A stretch of DNA of 64,000 nucleotides from Octopus sinensis (Eukaryota), in contig NC_042997.1 of NCBI RefSeq assembly GCF_006345805.1, positions 124,186,001-124,250,000 of the forward strand, given 5' to 3'. Within the stretch, counting starts at the first letter, position 1, and every line of letters begins with the position of its first letter. Under the pieces are notes generated by a model that worked only from the letters and a program-made list of their open reading frames with translations, did no database searches and was not told the DNA's origin. Positions 14,735-28,685 of this stretch are shown here, in pieces. Both the position numbers and the translations under genes were made by a program.

Positions 14735-14985
14735 GCAAAAATGTGTACGTACGATGCCAAATCATGTATGCAAAACATCATACATCAGGAAACATTGCTA
14801 CACATGTAAAGATTTGTATAAATGTAAAGATTGAATAACTACAAAGATCAGCATTGTTTGGAACTGCAACAGTTCTCTGAAAGGATCTTAAAGCATGTTC
14901 AGTAAATAAGTGTCACCTTAGTCTGTTGGCTGTGGACAGCTGACACTTGCATCAAAGCCAGCAAAATAAGCCGAGAGTTTTCATA
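14735..14985 (+). mobile_element. Short 3' end of an R4/Dong-type LINE
   Basis: CAAAGATCAGCATTGTTTGGAACTGCAACAGTTCTCTGAAAGGATCTTA reads QRSALFGTATVL*KDL, resembling QKxALLGTAxILRKVL. It is followed by a short UTR and an (AAC/AAT)n array. Confidence 0.55.
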
Positions 14986-15050
14986 ACAACAATAACAACA
15001 ACAACAACAACGATAATAATAATAATAACAACAACAACAACAACAACAAC

Positions 15051-15119
<69 letters not shown>

Positions 15120-15137
15120 TATAATAATAATAATAAT
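14985..15137. repeat. (AAC)/(AAT)n microsatellite
   Basis: Direct reading. Confidence 0.95.
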
Positions 15138-15149
15138 GAAAATTGGAAT

Positions 15150-15420
15150 ATGAAAACTGTAAAAGTTATGTTTGTAATGAGTGTTGCATTAGGAATTTTC
15201 AGTAATGATGTAGACAAATGTTTGAAGGGGGTTGGTATCGAATGTCCCGTAGAGCTTCTAGAGAATATTTGCGTCTTAGGGACAGGAAATATTATCAGAA
15301 ATGTCTTGAGCAATTGAAATATTATTGAAAGCTTGTGGATATCTAAGGTTACAAATAGTAACCCGGAGTAACATGCTACCCACAGAAATTCTACGAGGGA
15401 GAAGACCGAACCTGACTCAA
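15150..15420 (+). mobile_element. R4/Dong-type LINE C-terminal fragment
   Basis: KTVKVMFVMSVALGIFSNDVDKCLKGVGIECPVELLENICVLGTGNIIRNVLSN*, flanked by AAT arrays on both sides. Confidence 0.7.
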
Positions 15421-16235
15421 ATTGAATAATTATAATAATAATAATACAGCTTTCTCAAATACACATGTCATGCATTTTCGTATGATGTTTATAAGGGAAG
15501 TCAAAATACTTAGATAAATCCAAATTAATAAAGCATGTTCGGTAAATAAATATCCCCTCAGTCTGTTGGCTGTGGGCATCTGACATTTGCATCTAAGCCA
15601 GCAAAATATTATGAAATATATTTCAAAGTAAATGGCAACTAAAATCCCATCACGGTATTCAAATTACTATAATTAAACAAAATGAAAAGTGTGGCGAAAA
15701 TACGTATGATTGACTGGAAGTTGAAACGATGCTAATTTGAGCATAGTTTGATCTTGAAATTCGTTGTAAATTGATTTAAGTCTATGATGACCAACAACGT
15801 TTGTAAATGAAGAGACTATCGCAGAATGCAACAAAATAACAATTCTAGACTGGAAGTAAAAATATACGAATACGATTGAAATATTGGAAGCTTTTACACA
15901 GTGAAATACAACTACTTCAAATATGAGAGTACATTTCTTTTATAGAGGCATGCACTTTTAGCGAAACTTACTCAGTCATTGTAGAATATGACTGACACCA
16001 GAATATACTGTGACCGTGAACACAAAATATTCTGAATACAGACTCCATATTCAATGTCTTTCTCGTTTCGAGTAGTTTGTTGTACATTCCATATCCTGAC
16101 TGACATCCACTTAAATTTGTTACATGAAATAATTTTTAGAAAGAAATTTGCAATGACTCGCATAAACATAAAGACTCTTTTAAATATAATGTTCATATTT
16201 TTGCTTGCACCGGTGAATGAAATATCTTGACAGAT

Positions 16236-16628
16236 ACATACATACATACATACATACATACATACATACATACATACATACATACATACATACATACATA
16301 CACATATACATACATACATACATACATGGATCAATGTTTTTGTTTTGTTTTTTTTGGTGCACATTGCTATTGGAGCGGCCATGATTTCATTGTGAAACCA
16401 GAAAGAGAAATAACTCAAACTCCGACCGGGTGTCCACAATAATACCAACTATAAGCACGCATACACAGACGGAAGTGTGACAATAATAATGATATGCTTC
16501 GGCGAAAGGGCTGATAATATTTGACTTTCCCTCGTATATGTGTATGCATGTATGTATGTATATATATCTATATGCCTAATATATATATATATATATGTAT
16601 ATGATATATATATACATGTATACATATA

Positions 16629-16672
<44 letters not shown>

Positions 16673-16674
16673 TG

Positions 16675-16705
<31 letters not shown>

Positions 16706-16790
16706 GTATGAATGTATGTATGTATGTATGTATGTATGTATGTGTAAATATATATATATATATATATATATGCGTGTGTGTTCGCGTGTG
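16236..16790. repeat. (CATA)n and mixed (TA)/(TATG)n arrays
   Basis: Direct reading: 16236-16326 and 16535-16790. Confidence 0.9.
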
Positions 16791-19700
16791 TATAACCTAT
16801 ACCAAATTATGTATGCATTAAGTCTTGCATATAAACGTTCGAGTTGGTGAGCGCACCCATATGCATCGTTGTTGTGTTTACAAGGGGAACCTGTTTAAAA
16901 GACAATCGTAGTGTTATATATTGTATTGATGTCACTCAACTATATTTAGTAAATATGAATTCTTAATCGGAATGAAGATTAAGATATGAAGTATTGATAG
17001 CAAGGGATGTATAATATGAATCGTTGCAAAACATTATATTGTCATATTTAATTACATCACTGATATTAAACATAATTATCTGAAAATATATTCGCATGTC
17101 CTCAACAGAAATATACATCTCTTAGTATTCTTCTAATTCTTTGAAAATATATTTGCATGATATTCTGCACAAAGCATATATTTCTTACCTGAGCATATAA
17201 TAAACTTACACAAATATTCTTATTTGCAATTTATCTTAATCGAAACTATACATGTCAAAATGAAGGTAACATACCTTTCATTACATAAACTTCAATATAG
17301 ATATGTTTATTGTCATATATACACATTTACATATTTATCTTATTTTTAACCCATTATCTCATTCTTTTCATATATAAATAAATATATATAAGTTTGTGTG
17401 CATGATTCAAAAAGAAAGTGATATGTGCGTGTGAATGCATGTGTGTGTGTGCGTGTGGGCGAGCGTGTGTGTATTGCACATTATATTCGCGATTTTCCAT
17501 TCCATTCACTTTCATTTACACGGACATTAATCTGATAAGGAATTAATTTATAATTTCTTATTGTACAATTTCGGTTTGGATGATTCGCTTTTAGCTGAAT
17601 TTCAATGAGTCTGAAACCGAAGAGAGAATTTGAAAAATGTATAAATATTTACAATACTGTTCAAAATATATTGTAATATCCAAAACGATGTATTTTGTAG
17701 CAAAATCAACGAATCACATCCATGTTCAATATTCAAGACGATAAAGTCACATAATATTTTCCCGATTTTAATTCTTTAACTCAATACTAACAATTATGTT
17801 TTGAAATTGGCATAGCTTATTTTGATACCATATATTTTGAAAAATATCTTGAAATAAAAATCTTTGAATATTAATATGAATTAAATATCAAGATTATTGT
17901 ATATCAATCCAATAGCCCCGTGATACTTTAATCATCTAATATCCAGTACATGACAAATGGTGGCCACACCCCTAACAAATCTAGTCTCTTTGTATTCAAT
18001 AACAACCCAATAATCTTCACTAGTTAATTAGTTTTTACGATCGATTGATCTCATATGAAATGTCACGAATATATTGTTCTTAATTGGAATACGAAGTCAT
18101 GAGGGAATTTCTGTCTTTCAACTGAAATAAACAACAAAATCTACAAATCCCTTTGATAATACCAGGAATTATCTCCGATATCTTTAGGTAGGAAGTATAA
18201 CTGAGAACAGATATCTTATTAATTGAGGATTTAACGAAACTCTATTGAAATATTCTAACCATAACGAATATTGTATCGCATTAGATTTGTGGAGTACTTA
18301 GTTAACAAGTGTGAATGAAGAAAATCTTCAGGTCATGAGTAATGTTAATACATCACTAAACCAAATTTATACAAACCTAATCTGCAAACGCCGTAGCGTT
18401 TTAATCTGAAATTATTCTTTATTGTGCACCATATCACGTTTTACGAATGGAATGTGAAATTAGTAGAAACTATTGCAATTGGTCAGAATTTTTTTGAATA
18501 GTTTCTCATCAAAATTATTATAAATTAGAGTCACAATTCAACAAATGAGTTGCAGTACCTCCTTCTGACATCAAATATTAAATTTTATTAAAATGTCTCC
18601 GTAGCGGAGGTGACTCCAAAGAAAATCCTTCACAGTAAAAGTATGAGTGGTTCAAATCTTGACTTAACATAATTGGTTTAGAGATGATATTATTGAAACA
18701 TTACGAAACGTTCTGCGTATGTAAACATAGGTGGATGTTGCCACTGAATTACACGAAGAAATAAATTCAGATAAAAATCAAAGTATTCACGAAACTAAAC
18801 CCAAATGTTTTCCTTGGTATCTCGCAATCTTCATTAGTTAGATCATCATAGTTTCAGGCACCTCATCGTAATTACACAGTGCATTCACCAAAGCTGCAAC
18901 CATATCTTGTCATTAAGGGCCTACTTAAAACTAAACGCTTATCAATTATAAGTCGAGAACTCAGTAGGTCTCCAAATTATAATGACGCAGTTAACCTGAT
19001 CAAGGATGAATTCCCTTACGAAGCAAATGATGTAAGCATGTCATAAACTGTACATACCTTAAACACTATGGCTCAAGAACTCTTTAAGCCTCAATGCACG
19101 ATATTATCCTCCAGATGATTTTTTTTGTCATTCTGACCAAAAATAAATTATTTCCAAAATAACATTTGCAGTAAAATATATATCAGAAACAACAAAAATT
19201 CAGGCCGATTTCTCACCATAATTATCCGAAATAAATGAACCATGAAAGCATTAACTCTAAAACGTTATTATATATTCGATACCAACTGCGCACCCCTATT
19301 TAAAAATGGAACAACATAAATTCAACATATGGCCTTCGCGTCGATTTATGCCTAAAAAATATGTATTGTACAAAGACGATTTATTTTCATGGGAAACAAC
19401 CAAATTTTATATCGATATAACAAAATATTTTCCGACCAAAATCTTTGTTAAAATGTCCACTGTTTCCAAACATAACCACTAACGACATCATTTACCAGCA
19501 GACACAAACCAAAAGAAGCACAAAATCTTAGCTACTCTATTTAACACCTGCAACTCAAATATTTTCTGATGTACACCTAAAGCTATCATCCAACTTCGCA
19601 ACGCTCGTAGTCTGCATTCCATAGCAAATGTTAGAGTAATAACAAGCAGCAGAAGTAAAAGAATAACAATGACAACAAAAAAGTAGTACGACTATTAAGA

Positions 19701-20584
19701 TCACCAATCTAAGTATTTAGTTTTGTTTATCCGAATCCACCTTAATTCATAATACAAATGCACGATAAACTACGGTTCTTCCTGCTGTTGGCGTTTCGAA
19801 ACAACGGTATGTATTGTCTGCCCAAAATACTGAGTGGTCCTATGCAAGTTATGTTTATGGTATCAAAACTGCTACAATGCGTAGTGAAACAGCTGATGTG
19901 AGATGGATTTTTGCTTATCACTTGTTAACGTTTGTCATATATACTTATATATTTTGTGCTAATTCCTTATGTTCAAGATTGCCGACGAACCAAGACATCA
20001 TTTCTGGCACGTTTGTGTTAATTTCATATAATTTTATTTGTGTATAGGTGTGTGAATGAAATGCATGTACATAAACACATGTATATCCACGTGCACGTAC
20101 AAGTGTTATTATGTGTGTGCAAGTACTTGAATATATATACTAAGAGATTTGTTTGTGCATGTGGATAGGCACGGAGAACACAAAAGCGATATATCCAAAC
20201 AATGTCAGCGCTTAAATTTTTCTACAAAATTTAATATTCAATTTGTCACACTTCAAACATTATTAAATTAAAATTCTTTAACGCAAACGTCTTAACAATA
20301 CAGAACTTGTTATTAAAATACCGAGCGAGCAAAACGTACACTACTCCACAAAATTACACTTTTCCTGTGCTTTTTTTTTATTAAGAATCTACTTAAATTC
20401 AACTAAAAAATTTTAACTGAAAATTGCTTCACTCAAAAATAGTCTACGGAAAGTTTTAGATGTTTTAAGAATATATTTAAGAAATTAAAAAGAATTTCGT
20501 TAGACATTTTCATAACGACGTCGATTTCGGAAAAAATGAAATTCCACAAATTTGATTTCGGCGCTTCCTAAGAAGACATAGTCA

Positions 20585-20645
<61 letters not shown>

Positions 20646-20915
20646 TGTAAGAACCATAATATTAGAGGAGCAAAAACCGGGATCGAGAGGCACCAAATAG
20701 CACAAGCTGATGTTTCAAAATGTATTAGTAATTCATAACCGAACCGTACATGTGTGTTTATCACTTCATTCCATTTCACATTTGTATAAATTCAAACACG
20801 TACACACATACACCACACATATACATACGCAGACGCACGTATGCACAAACACATGTGGGTGTATGAGTGCACACACACATATATATATGTACATATATGT
20901 ATAAATAAATATATA

Positions 20916-20968
<53 letters not shown>

Positions 20969-21825
20969 GCGTGTGTGTGTGTGCGCGCGCGCTTACCTTT
21001 ACGTGTATATGTATGTATATATATGCATGAATGTATGTATGTATGTATGTACGTATGTATGTATGTATATATGTGTGTGTATGTACATTTGTATGTGAAA
21101 AATTGATGTGTGAACAAGTACAGAAAATTTCATGTACATAAATACTCCGAAACAAAGTTAATATATATTTGAAGTATTTCATTCAAGTATACAAACAACA
21201 AATGTAAAAATATACAAATACGCACTCATATGCTATATACACACACATTCACCATATACACATATTCACGTGGACCACATAAACTGCACACAGACACACA
21301 CACACACATATATATATATACATACAAGCATACCCAAACACACACATGCATACACATTCACCATGTTCACGTATAGAACATAAACTGCATATATATATAT
21401 ATATATATAAACACACACGCATATATTTATATTCACATGCATCAGTGCATAGTCCAATCTTTGAAAAACTACTATGTTGATTGTAAATATATATTGCGGA
21501 TATTATTCCATGCCCAAAAGTTGTATACAAACGTTTACAGTGCAAGAACCAATGTGACCAAGTACACCTGACTGAAATAGTGATTATTTCATAACGTATG
21601 GTTTCTAAACTTTTTCTCTAGATATTTCCGAATACGTATATTTAATAAGTAGAGATTTACTGGCAAGTTTAGAAACAATGTTTTTTGATTGTCGCTCATA
21701 AACTTATTGTGAAAAGAAGCACTCAGACACAAAGGTCGTATATTAATATTAAGGTGTTGATATATATATATATATATATATAATATATTATATATATATA
21801 TATATATATATAGATAGATAGATAG

Positions 21826-21874
<49 letters not shown>

Positions 21875-22090
21875 TTGATATAAATATATATATGAATACC
21901 CTCAGCAATTTTTCCTCGAAATTCAATCAGAATATACTTTTATGTATACGAATGGATGAGGATGCTTTTTTATATGTGTGCGTTTATGTATCCATGTATT
22001 TATTTACTAAACATAAATTTCTGCAGATATAGATACATATGTATCTATATGTACAATACATATGTGTATGCATATATAGGTGTATATCTG

Positions 22091-22166
22091 TGTATGTGAA
22101 TGTTAGTGTGTATATAATTGCGGGGGTGTATGTGAATGTTAGTGTGTATATAATTGCGGGGATGTA
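22091..22166. repeat. 36-bp tandem duplication
   Basis: TGTATGTGAATGTTAGTGTGTATATAATTGCGGGG starts at 22091 and at 22127. Confidence 0.95.
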
Positions 22167-22616
22167 TGCAAAATAAAATTTCATTTTATAATTGTAAACA
22201 TATTTACAGAGCATATACCTTCACGATCATACATTACATCTTCGTATCCTCTATTCTGTATATCATTATATATAAGCAGGAATAACGACTAAAAGCTAAT
22301 ATACTTGCATAGGATACATATCTACGAACGCATATAGATGTTCGCAATTTCCACATGCATCATTTTGCCTAAACTGTAGCATTATTTATTCATGTATTTA
22401 TTTATTTAGGGTTGTAGTGATTTCGTTAGTTAGTTAGCTAGTTGGTTAGTAAATGAAATATATATTTATTTATTTAGTTATCTTTAAAGCTTTCGTCCAA
22501 TATTTCGTGCTATCCTGTATTCTAAGAAAGAATCATGGTAGTTAACACTACCTAATTTCCAGCACGTAATATTGTTAATGTTTATCGTGAGCATACACTG
22601 TCTACATCAGGCGTGC

Positions 22617-22685
<69 letters not shown>

Positions 22686-22741
22686 GGTGGGTGTTTGTGT
22701 GTGTGTGTGTGTGTGTGCGCGCATACGTGAGTATGTGTGTA

Positions 22742-22812
<71 letters not shown>

Positions 22813-22950
22813 ATGTATATATGAACATATATATATATATATATATATGAGAAAATGTTAAAATTGAATTAATTAATAATCTATAATTTTACCAAGTAGT
22901 TTGTTACGTTCAAATAGCCTTTTTAGGTAAAATTATACAAATATTCTATA

Positions 22951-23100
22951 ATTATAAACATAATTAGTATCAGGGGTCAGCTAATTGCTGCGCCACGCAC
23001 CTAATTTAGAAATACGAATTAAATGCATTTAACTCCCATTTCTAAACTCCGTACGTGCTGAAGCAATTAGCTGACCCCTGATTATAATTATGTTTATAAT
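22951..23100. mobile_element. 150-bp palindromic (foldback/MITE-like) element
   Basis: The outer 39 bp ATTATAAACATAATTA-GT-ATCAGGGGTCAGCTAATTGCT is complementary to 23062-23100 with 2 mismatches. Inner TTTAGAAAT/ATTTCTAAA also pairs, and the axis is AAATG|CATTT at 23025/23026. Confidence 0.75.
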
Positions 23101-23109
23101 CACACTCAT

Positions 23110-23250
23110 TACTCTTTTAGTTTTTTACTCTTTCATTTCGACCCCAGAACTTATTCTTTGTAACCATAGTACTTATTCTATCAGTATGATTTGCCGAACC
23201 GTTAAGCTGCGGGTATATAGACGCACCACCATCGGTTGTCAAGCGATGGT

Positions 23251-23255
<5 letters not shown>
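23110..23255 (-). mobile_element. SINE family A, 3' fragment with internal deletion
   Basis: CGACCCCAGAACTTATTCTTTGTAACC.TAGTACTTATTCTATC...GCCGAACCG...CATCGGTTGTCAAGCGATGGTGG. Confidence 0.8.
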
Positions 23256-23322
<67 letters not shown>

Positions 23323-23584
23323 TATATTTACACTCACACACATACATATATATATATGTGTGTGTGTGTGATTGTGTGTGTGTGTGTGTGTGTGTGTGAT
23401 TGTGTGTGTGTGTTTGGTGTGTGAAGTATTATTACCGTTAAAACAGTAATAAAGAGGTAGCTAGCAAGACTTCTACGTATACAGGTATGATATAAATATA
23501 TGAAGAAAAGAAGGCTAAAGATACCGCTCGCTAAAGATCAATGTGACAGCTTCAAAATACCACCAACAATTCTACGATATATAA

Positions 23585-23983
23585 GCGCAGGCGTGGCTGT
23601 GTGGTAAGAAACTTGCTTCCCAACCGCATGGTTCCAGGTTTCAGTCCCACTGCATGGCAACTTGGGCAAGTGTCTTCTACTCTGGCCTCGGGCCGACCAA
23701 AGCCTTGTGAAGGGATTTGGTAGACAGAAAGTAAAAGAAGACCGTCGTATATAAACATATATGTATGTATATATTTGTGTGCCTGTGTTTGTCTCTCCAC
23801 CATCGCTTGACAGCCAATGTTGGTGTGTTAACGTCCCCCGTAATCTAGTGGTTCGCCAAGTGGGAAGATAAAATAAGTACTTGGCTTACAGAAGATAAAT
23901 CTTGCAATCGATTGTTTGGACTAAAGGCGGTGCTCCACCATGGCAGCTGTCAAATTACTGAAACAAATAAAAGAATAAAAGAA
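23585..23983 (+). mobile_element. tRNA-derived SINE family A, full length
   Basis: The head GCGCAGGCGTGGCTGTGTGGTAAG has an A-box, followed by a B-box-like GGTTTCAGTCCC, a central TA/TG tract and the tail ACTGAAACAAATAAAAGAATAAAAGAA. Homologous copies lie at 521, 23110, 30268 and 58525. Confidence 0.92.
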
Positions 23984-23989
23984 TATATA

Positions 23990-24024
<35 letters not shown>

Positions 24025-24221
24025 GATCATGGTGTGCACGTTTAGAGTTTCCCTTTTTACGATTTTTGTTTTTGAAAGAAACTTTTGGAAATATATTACT
24101 TTGAAAATATTGGAAGAAGAAATTGTGGCAGACAACGTATTAGAGAATGTTTTCACCTTTCACGTATATATGTATGTTTGCGCGTGCTTGTGCGTGAGAG
24201 TATGTGTGTTTGTGTATGTGT

Positions 24222-24269
<48 letters not shown>

Positions 24270-27200
24270 TTCTATGTGTCATTATGATTGGGTCTGTCTG
24301 TACGCGCGTGTGCGTTCGTACTGGTGGCTTGAAACGTTTGTTTTGCTGACGTTTTTATATATTCCTGTTTCGCTTTATAAACTGGAATAACCTTAAAACT
24401 AAATTTTAAAGGTTACATATTTAATCAAATATATGATTTATAATATATAAGATATTAACAAGGATTGCTTTAAATAGAATTCGAAGCCACGTCGTACAGT
24501 GCAACATCGAGTTTAGGCTTCATCCCGATTTAGGATCTTTAAACGTATACCTATATTACTCGTAGTACTTGTGAATATCTTATATATAGTTTATAGATTT
24601 GTTTCCTTCCCATTTTACATGTCACGCACACACACCACAACCACACAAACATACACACACATACACAAATACTCATGCATTTAGTGAAAGTTTGGTTCAC
24701 TTCCACATGACCTCAAAGTTCTCGGGCGTGTAAGACACCTTCATCTCATCAGATATCTGATGTGACCGTGTTCTACGCGCATAGGAAATTTTAAGTTATG
24801 TGGCGCTCAGTCCAAATCTTATTAGGTATATATAACACTAAGCTAACAAGTTGAGTGTTATTTTCGCTTGTTAACATACATATATGTGTGTGTGTGTGTG
24901 CGTGTGTTGTGCATATGCGTGTGTGTGTGTGTGCATGTCTGTGTATGTCTGAGTGTGTTTGTCTGCGTGTATTCTATGCCTTTGTGTGTATATTTATGTG
25001 TGCATATATTCATATATATACGCATGTGTGTGTCTGTGTACAATTTCTTATATATGTATCCATCATTGCGTTGTCAAAGTTATTGCTATTTCGTGTCATG
25101 TATGTATTATATCGCATTATACTCTATATTACTCTGTATAATCAGATATTTACATAATGGATTATACCATGTCTATTATATACCAGAATTATATCACAGC
25201 TGAAGAATAGAATACAGATGCAAAACATAGAAATTGTAAACATAGTCACTATTTCTGGCAATCGCCGATTTCATAGAATTTAAAATGTTAGTGTATTTGT
25301 TCAAGTTTTCTGTTACTGTTACTTTTTGTTTGTGGTCTATTCGAGTTTCATTTAAATTTGGTTCACTTTTGAAAAGTTATTGTCATATGTACACTAATTG
25401 CAACAGTTTAATCGTCTATTTTGACAAATTATTTGTTCCTACGAATGGTATTTGTTGCGACGATAATATTCGTGGTGTAGGTGTTACTAATACATCTAGT
25501 AGTTGTAACATTGTTCATACTCTCGTTCTTAAGCCTTTTTGTGTAATCCCAAAATAACTTTTACAGAACATAACTATGTTGACCAAAAACATTCCAGCAG
25601 CAGAGAATTCCATCATTTTTTCTAAATCTAGAGCTATAATTGCCAGTTGGGTCCTTCCATTTTATGTTAGTAGTGTAGAGTGTAATTTGAGGGAGATTTG
25701 GCTACTACATCTAGCGTATCGAAAGACCACACTGAGGCTCCCTTGTAGATTTGCAGTTGTTGCTGTTGATGCTGTTGCTGGTGGCGGTGGTATTACTTTT
25801 GGTAGTAGTTGTTGCTTTGTGGTATCTCTACGGACGACCTTGTTGTTGATTGTGGTAGCATTTGGGGCGGTGAACGCTGTTGTTAGGGTTTTAAAAATAA
25901 TCTGTTTCGCAGAAATGAATTTTCCTATATTGGTATTTTTGTTGAAGGAAATGATATCAATTTTATTCATTCTAATCATTTATCATTTCGACATCTGTTG
26001 TAAACGTTATTCGTGAGGATAACTTTCTCTGATTTTTTTTTTAATCTTAAAATTAAAGCGTAATAAATTTTGTTGGTGATTTCGTTGTAGAAGCTATTAA
26101 AAGTTGTGGTTGCTGATGTTGTTGATGTTTCGGCAGCGGCAGTATCGGCAGCAGCAGCAAGAAGTACAGAAGCAGTAATGTATTTATCGTCTGCCTGTCA
26201 TGAGAGCCCAACACTGCTGCCTACATCTCAACACATGTAAAATCATCACCAAACGGCGTAGAGTGTACGAGTTGTCCTGTAAAATTCCCTCACTCAGTTT
26301 ATTTGTAAACTTCCACTGAAAAAGAACCAGAAAACTTTCTCTCAATAACTTCAATGAAACGATACAGAACAGCTTTAGAATTCACCAACAACCACCTGCA
26401 ATCATGCACCAATTCAAACACACAGGATTATATAGCGAAAATCTTGAACAAAGCACAATCGCAAGTCTTTTTTATTTTATTTTGTACTTGTCAAGAAATA
26501 GTCTATTGTTTATTCTAACATTAATAAGAGAGGATTTTACACTTCACTGTAAACATTTTGGATCAAATTATTTCTCTTTGGAAATGACCCTACTTTGTGC
26601 ATTCGTCTCTATCTTTATGGAAACATCTACATGAGAGACACTATGAAATGTTAAAGAAGTAAAGATATAGAATTATAGTGATTATAGTATGTAAATAAGT
26701 TCAGGTAATACAAATTAAAAAAAAAAATTCTAGTCCATAGTTAAAAGTGTTCGGAATGCGAAATCATTAGTACCATTGGATGTGATTAACGTATGTATAA
26801 TGCAGACTGTCTACTTTGTACAAATTATACGTCTGTAATGGTTACAAAAGACGAGTTTACTCAGCTACTAAGCAGAATTCAATCAATATGCGAGAAACAT
26901 CGATACTATAATTCATATAATGTAAGTGGCAAGGGACTTTCACTTCAATCAGTTGAAAGAAAGATGTAAGACAAATATTTCGAGATAAGGCGAAGCGGAT
27001 AAAATGAGCGAGATAAACAGACAGACAAAGAGAGAGAAAGAGAACTGCAGTATATTATGATAGAACAAGATCCTATTCTTTTAAATATCGCAGATCAAAC
27101 GCCATCGTATTTATTGGTTCAAAATCACTAAGGCGCAGTTTAACTCCAAACAAGTAATATCTTTGGAAAATACAATAAACCTTGTATAATGATGTATTTT

Positions 27201-27996
27201 ATTGGGCAATCAATCAAATCCATTACCTAGACGTTATACATTCACTACTAACTTTATGACAGCAATATTCACTCAAAGCATTTACAATCATATGTCTCTA
27301 TTCAATATCCAGTTTATACTACACTATCAATGACACAATAGGTAAAGAAACGGGAATGTTTCATTTTTACGAATACAAAGAGAACAACAAGAATGACAAG
27401 TCATTAAAATAACATAACTATCTTATATGTTATATATGTCCAGAACACTATTAAATATGTAGTTTATTTGGCAAATATTTACCATTATATAACTTACATT
27501 TTGATTGTGCACAAACAATGTATTTTAATGGGTAAGTAAACGGTCGCTGGGTCACATATTGATATTACCGATACAATGAAACTAGATTTTCAAATAAAAA
27601 TGAAAATCGGACAGGAAAACCACTGTCCGTAAGATGCATTGTTGTACGGTACTAAACGTAAGATTGATAAGCATTCGATATGAATATTTATATTATACAT
27701 ATATACATACGTATTTATAAACGTGTATTACGTGAGTCTCCATTATTTTCCCATCACAATGTGATGTTAGTGTTCTTTTACGTGTTATATAAATTGTCAA
27801 ATATGGAATCGCTAGATACCAATTCAAACGCGCAGACACACCAACACAGTTTATGTATGTGCATGTGTCAGTCCTATGTGTGTGTAAACGTGCATATATA
27901 CATTTATACAGTTGTGCGTGTGTATACTATATATGAGTGCGTGTGTGTCCGTGTATTTGTATATATAATATATATATAAATATATATATATATATA

Positions 27997-28392
27997 TCTT
28001 TATATATAAAAATCAAGTTCTTTGTCTGTCTCCTACGATTTAGATTCCTAACTACTCCCACATTTTGCGGTGCAGTTTAACGAAAACCGGGTATCTTATA
28101 GTCGTGATTCATATCGAGCCCTTCTGGGTATTAGCGCGCGTATACGATGAGTCTACGATTTAAAAAAAAAGTTACCATCATTGTTTTCCATTTTAATGCA
28201 TTTTTTCGCTATTATATAAGGGATGTAACTCTCTAAAAATGTCTACGATGAGTCAACGATTTTTAAAAATTTACCATTATTTGTTTTCCATCTTTAATGC
28301 ATTTTTTTGCTATTTTTTGGCTATAACTCTCTGAAAATGCGTATATAATTATTTCCCTTACAAACCCGAGCAACGCCGGGCGATACTGCTAG
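27997..28392 (+). mobile_element. Non-autonomous Helitron, both termini intact
   Basis: Starts A|TCTTTATATATAAAA and ends CCCGAGCAACGCCGGG (hairpin, 28365-28380)...CTAG|T. No TSD; internal ~100-bp tandem duplication. Confidence 0.85.
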
Positions 28393-28634
28393 TATATTAT
28401 ATAATATTGCATATTACATATATATATATGTGTGTGTGTGTTTGTGTATACGTATACATGAGTACACACACACATATATATATATATGAATATCATAGAA
28501 TATATACATGTATATTATATGAATATAAAAGAATTGACGTTAGAGAGTAGATGTTTATTCCATTCGTTTACAGCTGTTTCATAGTCTTGTTAGCTATTTC
28601 ATAGACATTATATCAACATTCTCACGTACATAAA

Positions 28635-28685
<51 letters not shown>

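Noticed and set aside
17960-18290. Further FN3-like peptides here and at ~7230, ~19800, ~28940, ~36960 and ~42040
   Set aside because: They need many stops or frameshifts or have wrong motif spacing. A similar-looking peptide also appears on the opposite strand at 36879-37088, showing that AT-rich DNA easily mimics FN3 by eye.
18850-19120. Possible BEL/Pao gag remnant (PNYNDAVNLIKDEF)
   Set aside because: A single short motif, with no LTR, protease, RT or integrase nearby.
23585-23660. tRNA genes at SINE heads (also 30620-30688, 41420-41490, 62290-62347)
   Set aside because: A/B boxes are present, but they run into SINE bodies and I could not form a cloverleaf.
25576-26016. 146-aa plus-strand ORF with hydrophobic stretches
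   Set aside because: It has a TTG start and no domain, and the hydrophobicity comes from GTT/GCT low-complexity sequence.
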